Shown here: positions 34,990-42,085 of the stretch, in pieces
Layout: every line of letters begins with the position of its first letter
Numbering within the stretch: the first letter of the stretch is position 1
IMG/VR virus record: IMGVR_UViG_3300037421_000080
Coordinates: 1 to 42,085 of that record
Reading direction: 5' to 3' (one strand)
Origin: a virus
Taxonomy: Duplodnaviria; Heunggongvirae; Uroviricota; Caudoviricetes
DNA: 42,085 bases
The notes under the pieces: model-generated
Seen by the model: the letters and a program-made list of their open reading frames with translations, nothing else
What the model was told of the DNA's origin: nothing
Database searches by the model: none
Program-made: the position numbers and the translations under genes

Positions 34990-37239
34990 ATGGCAGCGAA
35001 AAGCGATAGAAACGCTAGGGCTTTTGCCGCTGGTAGAAGAGCTGCTGAGGAGGGCAGACCCGCCTCCGACAAGCCAGATGAGTCGTCAAGGTTGGAAGGG
35101 AGAGCTTGGCTTGCTGGCCATCAATCTGTCGAAGACGACGCCAAGAAAAGTGGAGGAGGAACTTGTAAGCAAGGCGAAACAGCTGCCAATACTGGTTGCT
35201 CTCCTGCGAAATCCATCCAAAAGAACTTCGCGAATCCCAGCCGCCTGGACATCCAACAGCGCCTCGACACGCTCAAGCAGACTGGCCTTCCGGAGGCGGA
35301 GGCGCTATTCATTCTGGAGCAGCTTTTCAACATCAGCAAAATCGTGGTGACGCCGACGGGGACGATCACGCAGTTTGAGCGAGTGAGGCCGGTGATGGAG
35401 AAGTCGCTGAAGGGCGAAACAAAGGGCGGTCCTGGATCGGGACCACAACCAGGTGGTGGTGCTGGCAGGTCCAAGGAACAGGATGTGGAAAACAGATATC
35501 CTGGAGCTATTGAAGCACTTCACGAAAATCCAGAAGGTCCCCATGCTGAATTTCACCACGTTGGTGGCGTTTTATTTGCTGAAAGGAGAGGGCAATGGTT
35601 AAAATACGAGAACAATCGATGGGTTAATGCTAAGCACCCTTTCCAAAAATCTACAGGATCCAAAAATATGAAAACGAAAGCCAAGGCCCTCCCCGGAGAG
35701 GAGCACAAGGACGCCGTGGACGACCAGGTCCAGGCAGCTGACGTGGAGACCGAGGGCGAGCCGACCGATGAGGGCGAGACGGAAGAGCCGTTCGCGGCCC
35801 AGGTCCTCCGCCGTATCCACCAGGACCACCTGATCCTGATGGCTGAGTATGACAAATTCATGGACCATTTCGAAGGCATGGAGGGCTCCCCCAAGGACCA
35901 TCTCCAGTCCGTTCTGGAGGGCCTGGAAACGACCCTCACCGATACGGAAGAAACGTTTGAAAAGGAGTTCTCTCACCTGGAGGCCCTGGAGGGATCGGAA
36001 GAAACCAAGGACATGAAGACCGAAGAGGAAGAGCCCGAAGGGGAGACCGAAACCGCCACAAGCGAGCCCGAGGAAGAAGTCCCAGCTGAGGAGGCAGTGG
36101 AAGGTATGAAAAAGAAAGCACTCGAAATGAAGAAATACCCCCACCGCAGGGGCAATAGCAAGAAGGACCTCGGCATCGAGGGTAGTCACGATCCTGGCCA
36201 TGAAGCCGAAGACGAGGAGATGGAAAAGGCCCTCAAGATGTACCGGGCCTACAAATCAATGCAATGCTCTGGCGGCAAGAACTGCAAATGCGCCAAGTGT
36301 GCGAAGTCCCTCAATGGCAAGCAGAAATCGACGGAGCATGAAGGCACCAGAGATCTAGGCATTGAAGGCAGCCATAAGCCCGGCTTTGAGGAGTTCCATG
36401 AGGAAGGCAAGAAGAAGGGTTTGGAGAGTGAGCAGACCGATTCCGGCGAGGAGTTCTCTACTGAGGTAGCGGACGACGAAGTGGATGTTCAGCACCCCGG
36501 TCTCAAGTCGCTGGAAGACCACGAGAAGAAGAAGGTAGGCGAGGCAGCCCACTTCCTCAAGGACCTCTCCGAGAAGGACCAGCTAGGCAAAGAAGACATC
36601 ATGCAGAGCTACCATTTCCACAAGAGCCTGGGCGACATGGCCCAGCCCCCGGAGATGGAGAAGCTGGACGAGAATGCGGATGTTCAGGAAGGGGAAGGCT
36701 ACAGCCCGAGTGGGAATCTTGATCCTGCCAAGTCCTTGAAGGGCAAGCGGAAATCGAATGAAACCGAAGGCACTCGTGATTTAGGCATTGAAGGCAGCCA
36801 CAAGCCCGGCTTTGAGGAGTTTCACGAGGCTGGTAAGAAAAAGAGCGTAGGTGACGAGCCCCATACCGATATGGGCATTGAGGGTGAGCACGAACCTCGC
36901 GAGGAAGCCTTGCGGGAAGAGCAGAGTAAGAGCCTCCATCCGCATCGCCAGGCTTGCAAGGACGCCAGCATGTACTTCAAGGAGCTGACTGAGATCCGCC
37001 CCGATGAGTTCAACAACGACCACCGCGTCAAAGCGCTCTTCCACCACAAGGCCCTGGATCCGATTGCCAAGCAAGACGACCGAGTGGAAGTCCAGGAAGG
37101 CGACGCTACTCCCGTGCCACCCGGTGAGATGGGGGAGAAGAAGCTGGTCGTGAATAGACTCAAAAAGGATTTCGTTGGACAACAGAAAGCCATTCAGGAT
37201 CTTGCTCTCAAGATGAATGGCGTACTGGCTCGAATCTAG
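34990..37239 (+). CDS. Acidic scaffold-like / internal head protein
   Basis: Lies between protease and capsid; Glu/Lys-rich; internal repeats; many K-S/K-A motifs. Confidence 0.6.
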   Translation: MAAKSDRNARAFAAGRRAAEEGRPASDKPDESSRLEGRAWLAGHQSVEDDAKKSGGGTCKQGETAANTGCSPAKSIQKNFANPSRLDIQQRLDTLKQTGLPEAEALFILEQLFNISKIVVTPTGTITQFERVRPVMEKSLKGETKGGPGSGPQPGGGAGRSKEQDVENRYPGAIEALHENPEGPHAEFHHVGGVLFAERRGQWLKYENNRWVNAKHPFQKSTGSKNMKTKAKALPGEEHKDAVDDQVQAADVETEGEPTDEGETEEPFAAQVLRRIHQDHLILMAEYDKFMDHFEGMEGSPKDHLQSVLEGLETTLTDTEETFEKEFSHLEALEGSEETKDMKTEEEEPEGETETATSEPEEEVPAEEAVEGMKKKALEMKKYPHRRGNSKKDLGIEGSHDPGHEAEDEEMEKALKMYRAYKSMQCSGGKNCKCAKCAKSLNGKQKSTEHEGTRDLGIEGSHKPGFEEFHEEGKKKGLESEQTDSGEEFSTEVADDEVDVQHPGLKSLEDHEKKKVGEAAHFLKDLSEKDQLGKEDIMQSYHFHKSLGDMAQPPEMEKLDENADVQEGEGYSPSGNLDPAKSLKGKRKSNETEGTRDLGIEGSHKPGFEEFHEAGKKKSVGDEPHTDMGIEGEHEPREEALREEQSKSLHPHRQACKDASMYFKELTEIRPDEFNNDHRVKALFHHKALDPIAKQDDRVEVQEGDATPVPPGEMGEKKLVVNRLKKDFVGQQKAIQDLALKMNGVLARI
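36340..36845 (+). repeat. Intragenic direct repeat encoding EGTRDLGIEGSHKPGFEEFHExGKKK (two near-identical copies, two degenerate copies nearby)
   Basis: Copies at about 36340-36420 and 36767-36845 share AGGCATTGAAGGCAGCCA(T/C)AAGCCCGGCTTTGAGGAGTT. Confidence 0.85.
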
Positions 37240-37343
37240 TTCGCCCGTAGTTTGTAAATAGTCATATCCCTCGGGAGTCTCGACCTCACGAGTGGAAAAG
37301 GACATTGGTTCTTTAACCACTTATTTTGGAGGTCTGATTCCCA

Positions 37344-38783
37344 ATGCCAACAGAACTGCAAGAACTTCAATCCGTTGCCAAGCAGAATGGCGATGCGTTG
37401 CAGTCTCTCACCAAGTCCTTCGGGACGCTCATAGACAAACTGAGCAAGACTCCCGCTCCGGGCTTCCCCAGCCAGTCCGATGTGTTCGGGCTGCCCAACG
37501 TCCGCAAGGGGGAGAACACGATGACGAGTCGTGGTTTCTCCTTCATGAAGATGCTGGGCCTCATCACAGGGGCCACCGAGCCAGCCCACGGCACCGTGGA
37601 GTTGGACATCCACGACCGCCTGGCCAACGCCTATGGCGACAAGGCCGGCTTCGCTTACGCTGGGAAGGGGGTCAACCGCGTCAACCGCTTCCTGGCCCCC
37701 CTCTCCACCAGCTTCATGGAGCACGATGTCGTAGATCACGGCTTCCGCACCGAGATGAAGGCTCTGGTGCGGGCAGGTGTCGATGGTGCTGACATCGACA
37801 ATATGAAGTGGATCCGCACCAAGCAGCTGGAGGGTGCTGGCTACGGCAACAAGGCCCTTAGCTGGCTCAACGAGCTGACCGGTGGTGCTCTGGTTGCACC
37901 TCCTGAGATGGGCGAGCTGATTGAACTCCTGCGTAACAAGGAAGCTCTGGTTAATGCCGGAGCTCGCGTGGTCCCGCTCCCTCCGCAGGGCCGCATGAAG
38001 TATCCCCGCCAGACGGCTCCCAGCACTACCTACTGGGTCGGCGAGAACTCCCCGATCACCGAGTCTCTGGTTGGAACTGGTGAGGTCACACTCCAGGCCA
38101 AGAAACTGGCTGTGCTCATCAAGGCTCCGAACGAGCTGATCCGCTTCGCCTCTCCTGCTGCTGAGGCACTGCTCCGTGACGACATGACCAAGAGCCTGGC
38201 CCTTGGCCTGGACCTCGCTGGCCTTGAGGGTCTTGGTTCTGATACTCGTCCTCGTGGCGTTATCAACTTCCAGAACATCAACAAGGTCACTTCCACCATC
38301 ACCGGAGCCAACGGCGACCAGCTGCTTGCCAACGACATCTACCGCATGATCGCGGTGGTCGAGGAAAGTAACGCGGACTTCGAGGGCTTCATCATGAGGC
38401 CCAAGACGCTCTACAAATACTACCAGCTCCGAGCGGATGCGGTGGCTCAGGGTGACAAGCAGGGCGTGTTCATCCTGAACATGATTCGTGAGGCAGGCGA
38501 CGGGATCGCAGCCCTCCTGGGAGGCTTCCCGGTCACCAAGAGCACGCAGGTCAGCCAGGTCCGCAGCAAGGGGACAGCCAGCAACCTGACCTACATCGCT
38601 GGAGGCATGTGGAGCGACTTGCTCATCGGCATGTTCGGGGCCATCGAGTTCGCCGCAACCACGATGGGCGACACGGCATTCGTGAACGATCAGACATGGG
38701 TGCGGGGTATCCTGAGTGCGGATATTGCGGCGAGGCATGAAAGTGCCTTCGTTTGGACAGACAACATCGACACGACACTGTAA
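37344..38783 (+). CDS. Major capsid protein, HK97 fold, with N-terminal delta domain
   Basis: K-ALSWLNELTGGALVAPP, YWVGEN, VTLQAKKLAVLIKAPNEL, D.A.L.G.GS..P.G; TTTTGGAGG RBS. Confidence 0.9.
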   Translation: MPTELQELQSVAKQNGDALQSLTKSFGTLIDKLSKTPAPGFPSQSDVFGLPNVRKGENTMTSRGFSFMKMLGLITGATEPAHGTVELDIHDRLANAYGDKAGFAYAGKGVNRVNRFLAPLSTSFMEHDVVDHGFRTEMKALVRAGVDGADIDNMKWIRTKQLEGAGYGNKALSWLNELTGGALVAPPEMGELIELLRNKEALVNAGARVVPLPPQGRMKYPRQTAPSTTYWVGENSPITESLVGTGEVTLQAKKLAVLIKAPNELIRFASPAAEALLRDDMTKSLALGLDLAGLEGLGSDTRPRGVINFQNINKVTSTITGANGDQLLANDIYRMIAVVEESNADFEGFIMRPKTLYKYYQLRADAVAQGDKQGVFILNMIREAGDGIAALLGGFPVTKSTQVSQVRSKGTASNLTYIAGGMWSDLLIGMFGAIEFAATTMGDTAFVNDQTWVRGILSADIAARHESAFVWTDNIDTTL

Positions 38784-38842
38784 CAGGACCCCTTTGGTGG
38801 GGTAGTTTTGATCTTTGTCTTAACCAAAAGGGGATTTCCCAA

Positions 38843-39487
38843 ATGAACGATTTGAACGAAATGTTGATTGGACCAGGGACTCAGGTTCCTCTGGACCTGT
38901 CCCGGAAGGAACGCAAGCGCCTGGCTCGCCTGTGCCGCAGCCGCCGGTTCAGCGCCAACCTGGTGGTGGATATCGGAGGCACATGCCAGTTCCAGCCTTC
39001 CCTCCAGTCCGGTAATGGCATCAGCGGCCAGGTCTGCGGTCTGTCCGGCGTGGTGGTGGGTCTGAGCGTGGACCTTCTGCATGCTGATACCTTCTGCAAT
39101 ATCTGGGTGGCAGGGCAGCCTGTTTTGGGATCAGGCAATCTGGTTATTGGTGTGCAGAACTCGGATACCGATACCTCCGGTAACTATACCGATCCGACCT
39201 CTGGCCTGCCCCAGCTCCCGACCTACTTCGCCTCTGGCGGCAACCTCTGGATCAATAGCGGCAGCACGGGTGGTATCCTCAACTCTGGTGCAGTCTCCGG
39301 GTTCAGCTTCAACTCAGGGTTCATCCAGTTTGCTGCTTTCCAGAGGACTGGCCGCTATGCTCGCCTGCTGTTCAACAGCGGCTTCTACATCGGAAGCCTC
39401 CAAGCTGGCTTCGTCAGTCAGTACAAGACGACCGGTAGTGGCGGTGGATTCTCTCTCAGTCCCACCTCCGGAAGTGTTTCCGTATGA
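38843..39487 (+). CDS. Ser-Gly-rich virion protein (capsid decoration-like)
   Basis: Position immediately after the capsid gene; beta-rich, small-residue composition. Confidence 0.55.
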   Translation: MNDLNEMLIGPGTQVPLDLSRKERKRLARLCRSRRFSANLVVDIGGTCQFQPSLQSGNGISGQVCGLSGVVVGLSVDLLHADTFCNIWVAGQPVLGSGNLVIGVQNSDTDTSGNYTDPTSGLPQLPTYFASGGNLWINSGSTGGILNSGAVSGFSFNSGFIQFAAFQRTGRYARLLFNSGFYIGSLQAGFVSQYKTTGSGGGFSLSPTSGSVSV

Positions 39488-39503
39488 TGAAGGTATTTAA
39501 TAT

Positions 39504-39540
39504 ACTAATTGGGGTTTAATTCTAGACCCCAATTAGTCTT
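39504..39540 (+). terminator. Hairpin, likely terminator
   Basis: 12-bp perfect stem ACTAATTGGGGT / ACCCCAATTAGT with a short T tail. Confidence 0.6.
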
Positions 39541-39564
39541 CGGGGGAGGGAAGGCGGGTGATAG

Positions 39565-40281
39565 GTGTTACTGAGCGACCTCAGAGAAGTGAAGACGATG
39601 CTGGAAATCCCGGAGGGGGATACCTCTGAGGACCGCAAGCTTCTCTTGTTGATCGAGCAGTGCTCTAGCTGGATCGAGAGCTACACCAATCGTGACTTCT
39701 TCTATAAGTACCGAACACAATACTATCGCGGAACGAACAGTCAGAAAATCCTCCTCCGCAACCGTCCTGTCTATGCGGATCCGTCTGTTCCTGTCCAGAC
39801 TCCTTCCCTTCCCAATACAGTTCCGCAGGTATTCGTGGACAGCGGAGCTAACTATGGCCAAGCTCCGGGCGCCTTCACTGGATCTGGAGCCCAGCTGACC
39901 TACGGCACAGACTTCTGCCTCCAGATAGACCAGGACGACGGGATCAGCTCTCGCTCTGCCATCCTGCTCCGGGTGAACGATTATTGGAGCAGGCCGGCAG
40001 TGAGGTCGGCGGGCCTGCTGTCGCCCTACTTCGGGCCGGATCTAGGAAGTATTAAGGTTTCTTACTGGGCAGGCTATCAAATAGATAATCTACCCTCCCT
40101 GGTCCGAGCAGCTATGAACCTGCTGGTGTCCAGGTTGAGGTGGGTGATCCCAACAGGACACGAGCTCTCAGGTGAGGGATATGAGGATCGGAGCGTGTCC
40201 CTCATTACTAGCGAAAAGTTGCACCTCATGGCGATCGCGGGTCCCATGATCTCCGCTGGATTCCGTAACTGGAACTTTTGA
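39565..40281 (+). CDS. Head-tail connector (gp6/gp15-like head completion protein)
   Basis: DLREVKTMLEI..EDRKLLLLIEQCSSWIESYTNRDF ... Y.AGY..LPSLVRAAM pattern, plus gene position. Confidence 0.7.
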   Translation: MLLSDLREVKTMLEIPEGDTSEDRKLLLLIEQCSSWIESYTNRDFFYKYRTQYYRGTNSQKILLRNRPVYADPSVPVQTPSLPNTVPQVFVDSGANYGQAPGAFTGSGAQLTYGTDFCLQIDQDDGISSRSAILLRVNDYWSRPAVRSAGLLSPYFGPDLGSIKVSYWAGYQIDNLPSLVRAAMNLLVSRLRWVIPTGHELSGEGYEDRSVSLITSEKLHLMAIAGPMISAGFRNWNF

Positions 40282-41666
40282 TTGATATGGTCCTCAATAA
40301 GAACACCACCCGTCTCTTTCATCGCACTCTTTATTGTACTGAGCTTGTCGCCGTCACACTCCTGAAGAGAGGCGACAATCAGGCCCAGGGCCGGATCACG
40401 AACTACACGTTGTATGGGTGTATGCTGCCGGGAACGACGGTCGAAGGGAGAATTTCAGGAGCATCAAAATCATTCTACTCTGGGGAAGCCGTCAAACTTC
40501 GCACAGTATCTAAGAGCATAGATTTGAACTGTACAATCAATCATCCCGTACTTACCCCGCATGGTTTCATCGCGGCGGGCTTGATCAAGCCAGGAACCTA
40601 TCTGCTTTGCCACAGAGGTGTTGAAGGAAGTTCCACAAACATACAGAACAGACCAACCAAGATCGAGGATGTATTTGAGTCGTTTGCGAAAGTGGGGAAT
40701 GGCTTTGCTGCCCGCACTCCTAGTTCTTTCGATTTCCACGGCGATGGGGAATCCATCCAGGGCAAGATCAACATTGTACGGCCCAATTGGGTATTGATGA
40801 AGCATGGAGTACCCCAGATCGTTCAGAAGATTAGCGACTTCGACTTCTTGGGGTTTGATCTTGGCTTGCTTCTCAAAAACTCGTTGGGCAAATCCTACAC
40901 ATTGCTCAAACGTGTTTTTTCTCCCTTTTGTCATCACGTGGGCTTTTCTGACTTGATTAGATCTCTGTTCTGGGGTCATTCGATCCCACTTGAACTTTTC
41001 AGCTTCGCTTCGACTTCTCAAACGGATTCCCCCTTCCTGAAGAATCCGCCGAATAACATCACCTTCAATGAAGAATTCTCTGGCCAAGGAAGCAACCGAT
41101 TCTCCGGAAGTGTAACGACCAATTACTTCCCTGAATGGAACATGGGAGTTGAATCTCTTGAACTTGATTACGCCAGCTTCGGCTCTGGATCGAAGTTTAA
41201 CACCGTTCGTCCGGAGCCTGTGGCGGATAGTTCCGGAGGGGATACCGAATTCTTGAGACAGCTGCTTGGGGGATTTCCCGGCGAGGTATTCGCGGATAAG
41301 GTCGCGAGTATTGATCATTTTCATTACGATGGCCCTGTGTACGACTTGGAGACACCAGTTGGCTATTATACCGCTTCTACAGTAGGAAGCAAGGTCTTCG
41401 TTTCAAACTGCCGGAGAGGCCAGATTGTCAAGACAGGCCAGACTCTCCAGGGCGATATGACCTCCGACCACCGGGCTCCCTGGCACATCCCCCGCAGCGA
41501 ACTGGATCGGGTGGGGGTGCAATGGCTCAATCCGCTAGACCGCATCATCGACCCAGACGGGAACACCTGGCAGCCGGAGGGTAGTACGACGATGACCGAG
41601 AAGCTGTTCAAGAACTATTACGTGGTGGATTGCTATCTGAGGAATCCTCCGAGGATTGTTGTGTGA
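40278..41666 (+). CDS. Probable head-closure/neck protein containing an intein
   Basis: Position after the connector. Exteins of 47 + 85 aa give a typically sized small neck protein. The start may be ATG 40287. Confidence 0.6.
   Translation: MIDMVLNKNTTRLFHRTLYCTELVAVTLLKRGDNQAQGRITNYTLYGCMLPGTTVEGRISGASKSFYSGEAVKLRTVSKSIDLNCTINHPVLTPHGFIAAGLIKPGTYLLCHRGVEGSSTNIQNRPTKIEDVFESFAKVGNGFAARTPSSFDFHGDGESIQGKINIVRPNWVLMKHGVPQIVQKISDFDFLGFDLGLLLKNSLGKSYTLLKRVFSPFCHHVGFSDLIRSLFWGHSIPLELFSFASTSQTDSPFLKNPPNNITFNEEFSGQGSNRFSGSVTTNYFPEWNMGVESLELDYASFGSGSKFNTVRPEPVADSSGGDTEFLRQLLGGFPGEVFADKVASIDHFHYDGPVYDLETPVGYYTASTVGSKVFVSNCRRGQIVKTGQTLQGDMTSDHRAPWHIPRSELDRVGVQWLNPLDRIIDPDGNTWQPEGSTTMTEKLFKNYYVVDCYLRNPPRIVV
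40419..41408 (+). mobile_element. Intein (330 aa) whose central region is the antisense of an endonuclease gene
   Basis: Starts CMLPGT, block B CTINHPVLT, C-terminal DGPVYDLET..VFVSN, +1 Cys. Confidence 0.85.
40470..41324 (-). CDS. HTH-repeat + DUF559/Vsr-like PD-(D/E)xK endonuclease nested antisense in the intein
   Basis: Repeated YxxGxSxxxLxxxF..TIR..L..G..LRSR.EA helices; PQEVEVANLL..HQYPIGPYNVDLA..IAVEI..GWSVLYV. Confidence 0.85.
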   Translation of the reverse strand: MKMINTRDLIREYLAGKSPKQLSQEFGIPSGTIRHRLRTNGVKLRSRAEAGVIKFKRFNSHVPFREVIGRYTSGESVASLAREFFIEGDVIRRILQEGGIRLRSRSEAEKFKWDRMTPEQRSNQVRKAHVMTKGRKNTFEQCVGFAQRVFEKQAKIKPQEVEVANLLNDLGYSMLHQYPIGPYNVDLALDGFPIAVEIERTRSAGSKAIPHFRKRLKYILDLGWSVLYVCGTSFNTSVAKQIGSWLDQARRDETMRGKYGMIDCTVQIYALRYCAKFDGFPRVE

Positions 41667-41669
41667 TAT

Positions 41670-42085
41670 ATGCCGCGAGATTTCTACATCGGTGGCGAGA
41701 CTCTGGCGACTGTGTGGTTTGGCAACCATGTGGATACGTTCGACCTCCAGAATTCCTCCTATGGCAATTTCTACACATCAGGAACCGCACGGCTGGGGGA
41801 TCTGGGCCTGGCAGTAGATCAGATAGATCACGGAGGCCGATTCCGCTACAAATATCTGACTCCAGACGATTATGGGGATACCCCAGCGGAAGTGATTGTG
41901 ATGCCGGCGGAGGCTACGGTTCATACGAGATTGATCCACGTGAACACGGCCGTCCTGAACGCTGTTTTGACGTGCTCCCAAGGAGGAGCTGCCTACCCGA
42001 ACGCCAACGGACAGTACGCCCACGTTCCGCTGCCTGGATATTTGCTGGGGAACAATCTGCCTCTCCTGGCCTCGGGGAACTACTT
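41670..42085 (+). CDS. Probable tail structural protein (tail-tube-like), 3'-truncated
   Basis: Open frame from ATG 41670 (MPRDFYIGGETL...LGDLGLAVDQI..DDYGDTPAEV) to the window end; position after the neck genes. Confidence 0.45.
   Translation, partial: MPRDFYIGGETLATVWFGNHVDTFDLQNSSYGNFYTSGTARLGDLGLAVDQIDHGGRFRYKYLTPDDYGDTPAEVIVMPAEATVHTRLIHVNTAVLNAVLTCSQGGAAYPNANGQYAHVPLPGYLLGNNLPLLASGNY

Noticed and set aside
36340-36845. Direct repeats considered as a CRISPR array
   Set aside because: They are in-frame protein repeats with synonymous differences and irregular spacing; no cas genes and no repeat-spacer periodicity are seen anywhere in the window.
37236-38738. 500-aa minus-strand ORF
   Set aside because: It is the antisense shadow of the major capsid gene.

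Overview
This window looks like part of a large tailed-phage (Caudoviricetes) or prophage genome; no host can be assigned from the sequence. It has four blocks. (1) 1-16.4 kb: a tightly coupled sugar-biosynthesis/tailoring operon with two B12-type radical SAM enzymes (one intein-split), a PfpI protein, a cupin, a TPP-dependent E1 alpha/beta pair, a His-variant DegT (ColD/RfbH-like) enzyme, a GT2 and three SAM-methyltransferase genes. It is interrupted by a TnpA-less tnpB element that carries a recoded replacement 5' end for the gene it broke. (2) 16.4-19 kb: free-standing nucleases and a Ser-Gly-rich gene behind a structured leader. (3) 19-31.6 kb: an array of polyprotein-like 'polyvalent' ORFs built from repeated linkers (PKIGPSPF / K-S-L-x-Y-x-T-K / C-x10-C). 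These separate effector-like domains (split inorganic-pyrophosphatase-like domain, ADP-ribosyltransferase, two zeta-like kinases, Cys-His-Asp domain, zincin, topoisomerase IB, two GNATs), and most ORF-terminal effectors are followed by a small acidic ORF. (4) 31.6-42 kb: HK97-type head module with prohead protease, scaffold-like protein, major capsid, Ser-Gly-rich protein, head-tail connectors and a probable tail gene; one connector has an intein whose endonuclease is encoded on the opposite strand. All family calls come from motif recognition by eye; no database searches were run.
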